From contig NC_043013.1 of assembly GCF_006345805.1 (NCBI RefSeq), positions 51,522,001-51,586,000 of the forward strand: 64,000 bases of DNA. Direction: 5' to 3'. Made by a program: the position numbers and the translations under genes. The notes beneath the pieces were generated by a model. It was not told the origin of the DNA. It was given only the letters and a program-made list of their open reading frames with translations, and searched no databases. Positions 1 to 13,434 of the stretch are shown here, piece by piece. Each line of letters begins with the position of its first letter. Position 1 is the first letter of the stretch. The stretch is from Octopus sinensis. Its lineage: Eukaryota.

Positions 1-135
1 TTTTATCGGAGACATTTATCAAATCACTACATTACAGGAATATAAACAGGCCAACAATATACGGTCGAATGTTATGGGAACAAAGGGATAGAAACACATA
101 GACACCCACACATACATATATATTCCCACCACAAG

Positions 136-181
<46 letters not shown>

Positions 182-206
182 CTATATATATATATATATA
201 TATATA

Positions 207-531
207 TCAACTGGCATTCCGTCAGTTACGATGAAAAACGTTCCAGTTGATCCTATCAACAGGGCAGCCTGTTCGTGCGTGAAATTGACATGCAAGTCGT
301 TGAGCACTCCAAAGATACACGTACCATTAACGTACTTCTCAGAGAGATTTAGCGTGACACAAATTGTAGCATGACTAGCCCTTTGAAACACAGGTACTAC
401 TCATTTGTGCCAGCCGACTAAACGAGAGAAACGAGAAATAAAGTGTCTTGCTCAAGGACACAACGCGCCGCGGGGTATCGTACTCAACCCTTTACGATCC
501 TGAGCCGATCACCCAAAATATTAAGCCACGC
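207..531 (-). mobile_element. tRNA-derived SINE (family S3-like)
   Basis: Minus strand has a tRNA-like head followed by gttgtgtccttgagcaagacactttattt, shared with the element at 60281-60620. Confidence 0.7.
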
Positions 532-539
532 AATTTCAT

Positions 540-573
<34 letters not shown>

Positions 574-3260
574 GTGTGTGTGTATGTGTGTATGCACAAA
601 TTCATACATACGGCAACGGTTGGTCCTGGTTTAGAGCACAAAGTGCTTGCCCATGGTGCTGAACACTGGGAATGAACCCAAATCTGTGCGATTGCAAAGT
701 GAGTTTATTAACCGCAGTATACAATGATGTTTGAATGCTAGCCACATGCAATTTGTCATTTCATGTGGCATAATTACATACATGACAACATATACATACT
801 ACAAGTACTGATGTCTCCATAAGTATACTCATATGTTTGCATGTACAGATTTCATGGCGGATTAAACCAAGTGAACTTCCATGTATTGGTTCTCTACAAC
901 ATTCTTAACACTATCCAATATGCTGTCCCTTATACTGTAGGGTTCTTTTGTTCTGCGTATTCTTAGATATTCCTAAGGGCATCAAAATACATGAAATTCT
1001 TTAATAATATTTAATTTATCATTTTTCGATTTGATTGAAAGAATGATATCGCAATGCACACCCCACATTATATATTCACTCCATACGTGGCCTTTTGTAA
1101 CTACAGAAATCTACCCTGTCTGTCACTCAGAAGACATTTTATTTCTAAAGTAGTTATAAATAGCGCATCGGCATCATGCCCGGTCAGTACTAAAAGGAGT
1201 TACACATGACTCGCGGCAAACAATTTCAACATTTGTAAATTTCAACATTTACCCCCGTTCACATGAAAGGAGAAGGTTGTTTCCATATAATTACCTCATT
1301 TTTTCTGGAAATGAGAAAATGGATCGACACAGAAAGCAATACGTTTGAACGAGCTGCAGTAACACGAGAATCGATGTCAAAACCACGTCCATATTCATTA
1401 AATTCTGAAACTGCAAAATTATTAATGTCAAACAGAGAAATTTGGTATTAATACAGTCAACAAGATCATTTGATCGACCGACATGTCTTTATTGTAGAAG
1501 ATTTTAGTCCGATAACTATCATTTATCGGACAAACCAGAGTCTTCCTATTCGAAACCAAAGTAAACTGATTTAACAGTTGTCATGGTGTACTGGTACCTT
1601 AGCACCACGGCCATTTATGCTGGCATTTTATGTTTCCATATATTCAACCTAGTAATCCATCTCGTTCAATCAGTATCTGTCAAGTTCGCGCATTGCGGAA
1701 TAGCTGTCGTAAAACATCATTCTTTCACTAAATATTACCCGATTAGTCAACCGTATAATGAGCGAATAAAAGTGTGAAAAACAATAAATCATCTTTTTTC
1801 CAAAATCACAAAGTTCCAACTTCTGTCCCAGTGCGTATTAACTCGGGAAAGTGTAATTTGACTATAGTCCTGGGCAGACCAAATCCTTTTAGTGTATTTG
1901 GTAGACGAAATCTGGAAGAAGCACGTCGTGTAACTTTTTTTTTTTCAGTTATTACCTAAAATAATATTTTACAGAATGTCACCAACCTTTAGGTTGGTGA
2001 AATTCTATAAACTTTGCATATTGTGTAAACTTTGCATATAGTGTGTATTTTGTGTGTAAGATGAGTTTTCCTTGTTCAACTTCAAATACGTATGTTCTGA
2101 CCTAATGCGTATAGAGGAAGTTGTTTTAGTAATGGTGTTATTTCCGGTTTAATTTCGGATTTATAACTCATATAAAATAGTTTTTAAATATTCCACTTGC
2201 ACAAACGTCGAGATGTTTACTGCATGGAACATTTCTCAAAGACAAATCTTTAATCTGCTGTTTATGCACGTTGACGCGGCTGGTTAGTTTTGTTCCTGTT
2301 ACCCGAGTGTAATTCTCGTTGCACTGTGGCCATGTAAGGCAATAGATAAGATTTTTGTTTCTTTGTATTTGAATTCCTTACAATTCCTTCCCATACTTGA
2401 GTCTTCTGGTTGTTCCTTGTTCAATTACTTCACATGTCCCAAAACAAGGGGCTCCTCAGTTTTTTCTTTTCTTTTTGTTAATGTCTTTTACGCTCTGCAT
2501 ATTTCCTTATATATCGAATAAAATTAGATCATTGCGCCTTTCTTCCGCAAGATCGATCTACTCCATGTCGCCACAGCACAGAGAAAGTTTGTCCGTTTAT
2601 TACTGAACCAATTGGCGGATAATGTCGTAACATGAAAGATAACATCAATGCCTGGGAAGAAATATCTGAATGTGTTTAGACTTTCAAGATATCGTGACAA
2701 GCGTCTTCGAAAAATTATTTTGCGCCAAGAATCAAAGTTCTTACGAAAAGAGACTAGATTTATGATTCTTTTTTCCTCGAAATATCGATTCCTAATTGAT
2801 GTTAATATTTGAAGTGTCAGTCGATCAAGTTTACCGGAAACAATGAAACAGCCATTCATTCTACAAACAACTTCGGCTTTAGAGAGAGATTGATGTTATC
2901 GATAAGTTCTTCCGATGTAATATTTTTTAGTTAAAGCGTTCGAGACACTAAAATAAGATTTCCCCTGTCGGTTCTTCAAAAACTGATGGTTCTTCTGAGG
3001 TTGAAGCGTTGGTGTAAGCATGATGTTCTGGTGATCCGAAGAGCTGCAGTTCTATATCTACATGTAAATGTACAATTGTATTGCACAATGCGTAGCATGC
3101 ATATTGGGGTAGACATGTAAAATGATTTATTAAATGCTGAAATTGTCATTGCATTATAAAGTCTGCGAAACAGCCGTAAACTAACAATCATCAAGTGGTT
3201 AAACAAATATATTCACGTCTCATACCTCTTGACATATATTCACGTCTCATACCTCTTGAC

Positions 3261-3327
<67 letters not shown>

Positions 3328-3362
3328 GTATATATGTATATATATGTATATATATGTATATA

Positions 3363-3444
<82 letters not shown>

Positions 3445-3448
<4 letters not shown>

Positions 3449-4018
3449 ATGATTGAAAAGTAACTCCCTATTTTGAAATATTTATAATTTATTTATTAAC
3501 TATAACTTTTAGAAAAAACGAATATGTAAAGAAAGTGTATACCATGGAATTTTATTTAAATTTTGATATAGGCATCGGCATTCACCACCAGAAAACAGTT
3601 GCAGGGTGTTAAATCAGGGCTTCTGGCCAGCCAGTCGTGTAGACCTTGATGAATTGGAAGGACGACCACTTTAAGTATCAGCTACAAATCCTGTAGTCAT
3701 GAATTTTGCATGGCAATTCTTGATTATCTTTGCATCAACTTGAGCATGTCTTCCTCTAAAGGTCCTCCACCATCTTTGCACTTGAATAACTGATCTTCAA
3801 ACTTCGTAATGTGCAGCTATCTGGCCACGCTCCTGCACAGTAAAACATCCAGCCATGTTTGTAGGGCTTCTAAATTTCAAACAACATAATCAATCTGAAA
3901 AAAAAGCGAAGAATCAATTCCCATACATTAAAGAACATAATAAATTTGAGAAAAAAATTATAGTTAATAAATAAATTATAAGCATTTTAAAATAGGGAGT
4001 TACTTTCCAATCACCCTG
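3445..4018 (-). mobile_element. Internally deleted Tc1/mariner-type DNA transposon
   Basis: ~35-bp TIRs (taggatgattgaaaagtaactccctattttgaaat vs reverse complement cagggtgattggaaagtaactccctattttaaaat), TA flanks. Confidence 0.85.
3610..3856 (-). pseudogene. Transposase N-terminal HTH remnant (DUF4817-like)
   Basis: MAGCFTVQERGQIAAHYEV*RSVIQVQRWWRTFRGRHAQVDAKIIKNCHAKFMTTGFVADT*SGRPS; the KF.TG.V.D.SGRP pattern is typical of these transposases; contains stops. Confidence 0.6.
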
Positions 4019-4502
4019 TATATATACATATATATATATTATATATATATATATATAAAATTCGAAGATTAAAAAATTTAAATCTTCGCAATTCTTTTTG
4101 AATTTGAATATGCTAGACAACTGGTTTAAATTTATGTTAATTGATTGATATCGGTTTCTACCCTCATTATTTTAATTACATATATAAAGTCCACATAGCA
4201 GCCAAATCTCATTAATAATGACTTTAAAAAAAATCCTGTTGGCTATTTGCAACATCAGAAATTTGAAAGACACTGTTATACTATATATCCTGGTAGCAAA
4301 GCCTGGCTTCCATGTAGTCACCGACGACTGCCACTCAAGAAGTGCAGCACATTGATACCATCGATATCTGGCAGTTCCCGACTCCATACAATATACACAT
4401 AACAATTGTATATATATATAATGTAATTCACAATAGGTACATACATGTAGAAAACATGTGGTATCTCGCACCTGTAATTACTCATAGATCCCATATACTC
4501 TT

Positions 4503-4917
4503 TTACTCTTTTACTTGTTTCAGTCATTTGACTGCGGCCATGCTGGAGCACCGCCTTTAATCGAGCAACTCGACCCCGGGACTTATTCTTTGTAAGCTCG
4601 GTACTTATTCTATTGGTCTCTTTTGCCGAACCGCTAAGTGATGGGCACGTAAACACACCACCATCGGTTGTCAAGCAATGCTAGGGGGACAAACACAGAC
4701 ACACAAACATATACACACACATATATATATATATATATGCATATACATATATACGACGGACTTCTTTCAGTTTCCGTCTACCAAATCCACTCACAAGGCA
4801 TTGGTCGGCCCGAGGCTATAGTAGAAGACACTTGCCCAAGGTGCCATGCAGTGGGACTGAACCCAGAACCATGTGGTTGGTAAACAAGCTACTTACCACA
4901 CAGCCACTCCTGCGCCT
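4503..4917 (-). mobile_element. Full-length tRNA-derived SINE, family S1 (CORE-like ccttgggcaagtg domain, internal TA/TG microsatellite)
   Basis: Near-identical to 49892-50286 (+) and 59168-59590 (-); A/B-box-like head. Confidence 0.9.
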
Positions 4918-5109
4918 ATATATACATATTATAAATTTAATTCATTTATAACATTATAATTAACCCATTGCCTACCATGAGCCCCATTTGGGGATTTGCT
5001 AAAAACAGTCTCACTGCTGTTTGTCCGTTGTTTTTAAACTAAATTGCTTATGTACATTGCATTTTAACAATATTTAATAGGTAAGGTTCGTCATTATTAG
5101 CTCTGGTGA

Positions 5110-5850
5110 AAGCGGCGAGCTGGCAGAAACGTTAGCACGCCGGGCGAAATGCGTAGCCGTATTTCGTCTGCCGTTACGTTGTGAGTTCAAATTCCGCCGA
5201 GGTCGACTTTGCCTTTGATCTTTTCAGGGTCGATAAACTAAGTACCAGTTACGCACTGGGTCTATGAAATTGACTTGATACCTATATCTGTCCTTGTTTG
5301 TCCCCTCTATGTTTAGCCCATGTGGGTAATAAAGAAATAGGTATTTCGTCTGTCGTTACGTTGTGAGTTCAAATTCCGCCGAGGTCGACTTTCTCTTTGA
5401 TCTTTTCAGGGTCGATAAACTAAGTACCAGTTACGCACTGGGTCGATGTAATCGACTTGATACATATGTCTGTCCTTGTTTGTCCCCTCTATGTTTAGCC
5501 CCTTGTGAGTAATAAAGAAATAGGTATTTCGCCCGTCGCTACATTCTGAGTTCAAATTCCGCCGAGGTCGACTTTGCCTTTCATCCTTTCGGAGTCGATA
5601 AATTAAGTACCGTTTGAGTATTAGGGTCGATGTGATCGACTGTCCATCTCCCTACAAGATCCAGGCCTTCAGCCTATAAGAAAGAAATATATACTTAATA
5701 TATGGTGACGAGCTGGCTGAACCGTTAGCAGCCCGGGGAAAACACTTAACAGCATTTCGTTAATCCTCACGTTGTGAGTTCAAATTCCTCACTGGTCGAT
5801 AAAACGAGTACCATTTGAGCATGTGGGTCGATGTAATGGACTTAAAACTT
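5110..5850 (+). mobile_element. SINE family S2, concatemer of three ~180-bp body units plus a further degraded copy
   Basis: Head gcggcgagctggcagaaacgttagc; body gtatttcg...gagttcaaattccgccgaggtcgac restarts at ~5159, ~5341 and ~5523. Confidence 0.85.
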
Positions 5851-6173
5851 TCCTCCACTCACTAGAAATTTCAACTAGTATGCATACCTCATTAGAAATA
5901 AAATACCTATATACATACTCTTCAATACTGGAAAGCGCAGATTTGTTTCATGAGCACACACGTTGGATTATAAACATTTTTTTAGTAAATTCTGTTTGTG
6001 TGTAGATAGATAGATAGTAGATAGATAGATAGATAGATAGATAGAGACACGTGAATTTTCCCTTATTTATAATTATGTACATACTTAAGAACTTTTATAT
6101 TTATATACATAATATATTCATACTGTATAATATATATGTATATATATATATGGCAAATGAAAGACGGGGATCC

Positions 6174-6220
<47 letters not shown>

Positions 6221-6226
6221 CGCACA

Positions 6227-6265
<39 letters not shown>

Positions 6266-6594
6266 ATCTATATATATATGTATGTATGCATGTATATATG
6301 CATATATGTATGTATGCATGTATATATGCATATATGTATGTATGCTTGTATATATCTATATCTCACACTCTCTCTGTCTCTCTCTCTCTCTCTATATATA
6401 TATGTATATATATATATGTATGTATGCATGTATATATATATATATATATATATACGCACACATACATGCCCATACAAATGTATATATATGTATATATACG
6501 CACCACACATATCTATCTATTTATCTATCTATCTATTTATATATGTATGTATGCATGTATATATGTATTTATGTATGTATGCTTGTATATATAT

Positions 6595-6627
<33 letters not shown>

Positions 6628-6660
6628 GTGTGTATATAATATGCATGTATGTATGTATGC

Positions 6661-6717
<57 letters not shown>

Positions 6718-7036
6718 GTACATATCCGTCTATCTGTCGCTCTCTTTACCTCTTACAGTCTTCTTTAGGACCTCTTAAAAGAAAACCAGTACAACAACCA
6801 ATAAATCGATATTTGCAGACGCTACCACCTACATTCACATTTCAAATGTCAGCCTGACCTTGTCTCTGGCTTATCCTAGCTGAAAAATCCGTACTTACGT
6901 CAGCATTACATATTCGTTGCTTTTCTTGTTGTTACTACTGTTGTTGTTGTTACTGCTGTTGTTGTTGTTGCTGTTGTTGTTATAGATTATAATACATATT
7001 TTTTTCTTAGTATTGTCTTTTTATTACAGTGATATA

Positions 7037-7184
7037 TAAGTGCGGGCATCATGTCTGCGTGGTTAAGAACTCCGTTTTGCAGCCACGTGGTTTTGAGTTT
7101 AGTTTCACTACATGACACCTTAGTCAAGTTTCTTCCGGTATATCCCGGGACCGACGAAAGCTATAAGGAAGCCGGTCACATATA

Positions 7185-7223
<39 letters not shown>

Positions 7224-7425
7224 TGTGTGTGTGTGTGTGTGTTTCTCTTTGACTCCACTACTGCTTGGATACTGTGTCGGTTTGTTTACGTCCCCGTTTA
7301 CTAGCAGTGCGACAAAAGAAAACTCAAAACTCTTAAATTAAGTATCCTAGAGGTTGATTTATTCAACTAATATCTTCAAAGTGGTGCTCCAGCATGACCG
7401 CAGTTCAGTGGCCGAAACAAGTAGA
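7037..7425 (+). mobile_element. Degraded S1 SINE
   Basis: Collinear similarity to S1, including the tail gtggtgctccagcatgaccgcag. Confidence 0.7.
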
Positions 7426-7878
7426 AGTCATTGCTGTTAAGTCCCAGATCAGCTCTGTGTTTTTGGTTTAAATTAATAACCAATACTTTCCAAGCGTGAC
7501 CATTCCGCCTTTCAAGTATATCGCGTGACACGACAAATGTTATGACGGCATGTCGGACATTTGACTTCTATTTCTAGCTAATGGAACTAGCACATAGGCG
7601 TTCACTAGTTCACAACAAGAAATAAAACAAAATAAGAATCGATCTTTCTATCGCCCACGCAATTCTATTGATTTGATGCTGTTGTTGCTGTTGTTGTCAT
7701 CATCGTGGTTGTGGCAAGTGTTCTCTTCGCTGTTCCTACTCCTGGTATTGTCTTTCCGGTTTCTTATTTTATCGACTGCTTTTGCTGCTCATTGTTGTCG
7801 CTGTTGAAGTTGCTGTTGCTTTAGATATTTTTTTCCCTTTTCTCATTCTTTCTTTTTTCTTGTTTTTGGCCATCTTTG

Positions 7879-8262
7879 TTATCACCTCCGCCTTAGCGAA
7901 GGCAGAGGTACTGTTTTTTTCAGTCGTGTTTGTTTGTCTGTGGACAGGATATCTCAAGATCCGCTGTATGGATTCGGATGAAACTTTCAGAGATCTTTGA
8001 CCTAGTGGCTGACACGAACTGATTAGATTTTGAGATCGATCTGGTACCGGACAAGGATTCTGGATTATTTTTCCTGTGTTAATAAATTTATTTATTTTCC
8101 TTAACTTTTGAGAGCGGTCGGGTTCATGTTTAGTATTCTCGTTTGTGAGAGCAGTCGAGTTTATTGTAGATATTCTTATTTTTAAAAATCATCTCTGGCT
8201 AATTGTTGAGAGGACATTGGTGTTGCCTTGGTGGAGGTTTGCACTCTCTGAGTGCTCTTGTT
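7879..8262 (+). mobile_element. Helentron/HINE-like non-autonomous element, copy 1
   Basis: Subterminal inverted repeats acctccgcc / ggtggaggt, 3' hairpin gcactctctgagtgc, TT flanks, gtttgtctgt tract near the 5' end. Confidence 0.65.
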
Positions 8263-8269
8263 ATTACTA

Positions 8270-8632
8270 TTATCACCTCCGCCTTAGCGAAGGCAGAGTT
8301 ATTGCTTTCAGTCTTGTTTGTTTGTTACACCATGGACAAGATATCTCAAGAATCGCTGGATGGATTCAGATGAAACTTCCAGGAATCTTTGACTGGCACG
8401 AAGTGAATTGATTCTGGGGTCGATCCAGTAACGGACAAGGATTCTGTATTGTTTTTCTTGTGTTTTTTTAACTTAATATTTGAGAGCGACTGGGTTCATT
8501 TTTAGTATTCTCGTTTGTGAGAGCAGTAAAGTTTATTTCAGATATTCTCATTTAAAAATCATTTCTGGCTAATCGTTGAGAGGACGTTGGATTTGCCTTG
8601 GCGGAGGTTTGCGCTCTCTGAGTACTCTCGTT
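8270..8632 (+). mobile_element. Helentron/HINE-like element, copy 2 (tandem to copy 1)
   Basis: Direct repeat of 7879-8262 with the same termini. Confidence 0.65.
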
Positions 8633-8854
8633 GTTCTTGTTATTATGATTGCTGCCATTTCTGTTATTTGTTTTGTTATTCTTTTATCTGCTCTTATTCT
8701 ACAGATTTTGCTGTTCTTTGAAATGACCCTTGAAGCTCATCCTCGTCTTCGTTGTTGTTGTTGTTATTGTTGCTATTACTGTTGTTCATGTTGTTGTTCA
8801 TGCTGTTGCTGTTGTCGCCGCCGTTGTTGTTGTTGTTGTTGCAGCTGCTGCTGC

Positions 8855-8885
<31 letters not shown>

Positions 8886-9306
8886 GCAGTCTTTACTATG
8901 GTTGCGCTGTTATTCTTTTCTATTTTTGTTCGTTATTTCATTCGAGTAGTCTTGAGGAGGTGGTGGTACTCATGGCTCTCTATTCGAGAAAAAACATGCC
9001 AATTTTATGTGGGCTCTTTTGAGGCTCACTCATAAGTGTGAGGGCGAATATGTAACTATTTCTTTTGAGCAGGAGGAAATTGCAAAGAGTTGACTCCGTC
9101 AGCGGGAGGGGATTTGTATCTACCACTCCTGACCTTGTTCTAAGCAGTAGTATTTAGTTTAAGGTCAGGAGTGGTAGACACAATATGGTTGACAAAAAGG
9201 GAAGAGCTGGATGAGTCAGCACTCCTTTACTAAAACGCATAACAAATCCACCAGATCTGAAGTTACTATGGTTTGGAGAAGAAGAGGAAGAAACAGTCAC
9301 CGTTGA

Positions 9307-9587
9307 TGATTCGGATGAAACTTTCAGGGATCTTTGGCCTTGTGACTGACACGAAGTGGTTAAATTTTGGGATCGATCGGGTGCCGGACATAGATTCTGG
9401 ATTATTTTTCCTGTTTTCTTTTTACTTAATTTTTGAGAACAGCGGGGTTCATTTTTAATATTCTCGTTTGTGAGAGCAATCGAGTTTATTTCAGATATTC
9501 TCATTTAAAAACATCCTCCCTGGCTAATCGTTGAGAGGACGTTGGTGTTGCCTTGGCGGAGGTTTGCGCGCTGTGAGTGCTCTTGTT
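9307..9587 (+). mobile_element. Helentron/HINE-like element, 5'-truncated copy 3
   Basis: Matches the 3' three-quarters of copies 1 and 2, ending ccttggcggaggtttgcgcgctgtgagtgctcttgtt. Confidence 0.65.
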
Positions 9588-9927
9588 ATTGATGCTGTCG
9601 GTATTGTTATCGCTGTTTTAACGGCTTTTTTATAGTTCTTGTCGTTGTTGTTGTTGTTGTTACTCATGTTGTTATTACTGTTGTCATATAAAGTTATGGA
9701 AAGACGGCAGTTTGGCAGAACACATATAATGATCGTTATTTCTGCTCTTGCCTTCGTCATCATCGGTTTTCTCTGCCGTGGTCCACGTTGTGCTTTTTGT
9801 TTTCGTAACAAGCTTCACTGGATCTTTGCGCTGACATTTCAAACTTCTTTCCTTGACATTGATATAAGCAGTCGCTCAACTACATCTCTTTTTTCTCTTC
9901 TTCCTCTCTCCTTTCTCTCTCTCTCTG

Positions 9928-9976
<49 letters not shown>

Positions 9977-10176
9977 TAACTTCCAAGGACGGTCTACATA
10001 AATTCCAATAGCCATCAGCCATATCTACCTGTTTCAATCAATTGTCCCCTGCGTTACTTAAGCTATAAGCTTTCACTCCATTGAAAAACTACAGTATTGA
10101 ATCGTTATAATATAACGATTGAGATGACTAGAACAAAATGGCGTCCGAGATAATGTTTGTTGACCTGCTATCGTAT

Positions 10177-10525
10177 GTCATTTGAGCAAGTGTCTTCTGC
10201 TGAAGCCCCGAGGCCAACCAAAGCCTTGTGAATGGATTTCGTACTCGGAAACTGAAAGAAGATTATCATGCATGTGTGGTGGGATGTCGCTCTGTGTGTG
10301 TGTGCCTTTGTGCTTATGTTAACCCCCCACTACTGCTTGACAGCCAGTTTTGGCTTGTTTACCTTCACATAACATAGCGGTTCTACAAAAGTATCCGATA
10401 CAATAAATGCAAAGCTTTAAAAAATAGTAAGGGGTTCGTTTCGTTCGGCTTAAACCCTTCAAGGCGGAATCCCAGCATGGCTGCAGTCCAGTGGCTTAAA
10501 CAGGTAAAAGATAAAAGATAAAAAG
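10177..10525 (+). mobile_element. Degraded, 5'-truncated S1 SINE
   Basis: gagcaagtgtcttctgc...cccagcatggctgcagtcc matches the S1 body and tail. Confidence 0.7.
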
Positions 10526-10652
10526 ATGATCTTAAGACAATTTCTGAGGTGGTTTTGACACACCTGTAAAGGTTAATTTACAGATCAACTAACTTGTATA
10601 CCTTATTTAGATTATTTATATTTGACGGATATTTGCCCTCATCTTTGTTGTT

Positions 10653-10698
10653 AACATAACATTTCATCTGATGTACTTTCCAGCCGTCATCAGGTGTT
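10653..10698 (-). ncRNA. Decayed minimal type-I hammerhead ribozyme
   Basis: aacac CTGATGA c ggctg gaaagtacat cagat GAAA tg TT atgtt; core intact, stems I, II and III each carry mismatches. Confidence 0.65.
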
Positions 10699-10796
10699 CT
10701 GGAGGAATTTCGAACCTGGGTTCTCATCCCCAAAGTATTTTTCCGATGTTGTTGTTATTATCATCATCATCATTATTATTATTATTATTATTATTA

Positions 10797-11069
10797 TTTT
10801 AATTTTTATAGCGTGCTTTCACTTCACTACCGAGCGCAGCTCTGTGTGCCTTGGGTATGTGCTGTGATTTGTTGTGATGCTCTGATGGTTATTGTATGGA
10901 AAGTGTTCTGCGTAGGATGTGTGCAGTGCCTAGTAGTGCAATTTTCTGTATGTTATATGTGTTTGTAAGTCCTGGTGTTTTTGTTATGTATTTGTCTGAA
11001 TATTTTTTTATCATGCCTAATGCACCTACTATGATAGGAATTGTTTCTGTTTTCAGGTTCCACATTCTA

Positions 11070-11070
<1 letters not shown>
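10797..11070 (-). mobile_element. 5'-truncated R4/Dong LINE 3' end
   Basis: Reverse complement of ~18040-18310 with high identity; flanked on both sides by (TAA)n. Confidence 0.9.
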
Positions 11071-11145
<75 letters not shown>

Positions 11146-12074
11146 TCGCTGCCTGGAATCGAACTCCGAATCTTGGGCTCTTAGCAATACGCCATATGAC
11201 CGTGGCATATTCTTCTTTTTCATTTCACTTGAAAATACTATGAACAAGTCCTTGCTTATCCTTCTTAATTGTGTTTCAAGTTTGTACCTAACTGTGTTAC
11301 TATGCTGTTGCTGATGTAAGCAGGTTTTAAACATACGGTCATATAACTAATTCAATATCCGTACCAATCCAACGACCAGATCAATTATCGATTTAAAGTG
11401 ACCCATTTTTATGTGTCCTACTACATTTAAACATATCCAGCTGAAAGCCGGTCAGTCTATATATATTGAATTATCGATAAATCAATACTGAAGTTGTTTC
11501 TGTTATATCTTAACGCATGCATTTAGCACAAAACGGTTGTAAGTATATCTTTAGACATTTCGTGTTGCTTTCGAGTCGTCATCGCCCTGCATCGTACGTT
11601 TTTACAGCGCGTTTATGATACTTCAACAAAAGTCTCTCCGAGTGATCGCGAGTTCTCACGTCGGATGAAGCCATAGCGTTATTTTGTTGTTTCTTATTTC
11701 TTTTTCTTGGCCGAGATATTGGGGCCCTTGGCCCATAGGGGTCTCATCTGCCCTTTGCCAGGTCTTGTTCTTAATCGTTCTGGATGTTCACAAACCCTCT
11801 TCAGGAGCGGAGCAATCTACTCGAGTGCGGGAGGTGGGGAGGCTGGTTTAGTCACCGACCTTCCAACCATGGTCCAGAATACTGGTTTCCATGGTACCGG
11901 TAACAGGTTTCATCAGCCTGTGATGAGATCCCCGACCTGAATTAAGTTGCTTTCGAGAACAATGTGATAAATTTATGGTAATCTCTTTTCTATTCTAGGC
12001 AGAAGGCCCAAAATTTTTGGGGTGGGGCAGTCAATTAGATCGACCCCAGTACGCAACTCGTACTTAATTTATCG

Positions 12075-12290
12075 ACTGCGTTTCAGAGTGGCCTTCTCAT
12101 TTACGCCCTCAGCTGCGCGGATAGCCACCATTGCTAGCTACGCAGACAATACGCAAGTCTCGCAGAAAAAAAAACGAAACCCTGTCGATGTTCCACGCCT
12201 GCAGCAGGTGTTGGACGCAATTTATAGATAGGCTGAGGACAATAATACACAGTTGAATGCTGGAAAATTCCAAAAATGCCGACGAAATTC
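12075..12290 (+). pseudogene. Non-LTR reverse transcriptase fragment (CR1/L2/Jockey-like)
   Basis: IATIASYADNTQV...RLQQVLDAIYR*AEDNNTQLNAGKFQ resembles the YADD motif followed by LQ.DL..W...N...LN..K. Confidence 0.65.
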
Positions 12291-12388
12291 AGAACCAGTC
12301 ACTGCGAAAGACTAGGTTTTGGGGGGCCCACAGCTTTGAGCTTAAACCGATGAAAGAAAAACAATATATTATATATATATAAAAATAT

Positions 12389-12442
<54 letters not shown>

Positions 12443-12443
12443 G

Positions 12444-12495
<52 letters not shown>

Positions 12496-12744
12496 CACAG
12501 CTTTTAAAGCTGCAAAAATCTCGTACCCCTTCGTAGGACATTTGTGATCATAATCTGTATGCATGTATGTATGCATATGTGTGTGTGTATGTGTATATAT
12601 AAATGTGTGTATATATATGCACGTACAAAGACATACATACAAGTATATATATATATATATAAATATACACATATACATACATACATATATATATATACAT
12701 TCTCGTATCTTCCATCTTCCCTCTCTGTCTCAGTAATCAGATAT

Positions 12745-12802
<58 letters not shown>

Positions 12803-13006
12803 TATACATATGTACACACATACATACATACATAAACACATATATACAAATATATATACTTACATCCGTTTGTTAGTTCGTTTAAGTCACGCTGAATGCA
12901 CCGCCTCCTATACGCGATATACGGTGGCATGTACGCATGCGCATATGTATATATGTGCATGCGTGTGTGTGTGTGCGTGTGTACATAATGCATATATATA
13001 TGACCA

Positions 13007-13044
<38 letters not shown>

Positions 13045-13230
13045 AATATGTTATAGACGTATGTGTCTAGTCATAACAGTGCGTGTGTGTACGGATGTAC
13101 TATGTAAGTCATGAAACTTAATGCTATGTCTAGGCAATATAATACGTATTATTTTAATACGTTTCTCTTGAGTTCTTTCTGTACGTCCCGTGGTTTTCTT
13201 TATTTACATTTTCCTTTCTATTAATTCCAG

Positions 13231-13434
13231 ATGTCAGCAGAGCTGACCAAGAAAATACTTGACCTCGATGGAGCACATAGCCAAAACCGCCAACACGGAA
13301 CAAAATCCAGAAGAATATTCTTTAATGAGCAGCTAGTTCGGTTCATCGAACAACAGAATGCTCCTCTCCGATGTCGACGGAGGATCCAGCAGTACTGGAT
13401 CATAATGGCGGCTTTTATTCTCTTATTTTGCTAG
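13231..13434 (+). other. Candidate exon or short ORF after a strong 3' splice acceptor
   Basis: ttttcctttctattaattccag|ATG; non-repetitive 67-codon frame ending in the hydrophobic tail YWIIMAAFILLFC*; no homology recognised. Confidence 0.25.

Larger units (their letters stand above)
10605..11207 (-). mobile_element. Putative tRNA-headed, hammerhead-containing retroelement interrupted by a LINE 3' fragment
   Basis: Minus strand order: A-box-like tggcgtattg, B box gttcgattcc, (TAA)n, short unique segment, HHR motif. That these form one unit is inferred from a single copy. Confidence 0.55.

Noticed and set aside
2524-3206. ORFs 2524-2859 and 2976-3206 as host exons
   Set aside because: No recognisable domain or splice framework; possibly decayed transposon sequence.
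4668-4883. Recurrent ORF MSSNARGTNTDTQT... (also 49815-50123 and 59337-59637)
   Set aside because: Antisense reading of the S1 SINE; recurrence reflects repeat copies, not a gene family.
11790-11925. Two minus-strand CTGA[T/A]GA motifs with nearby GAA(A)
   Set aside because: Flanking helices cannot be formed consistently.
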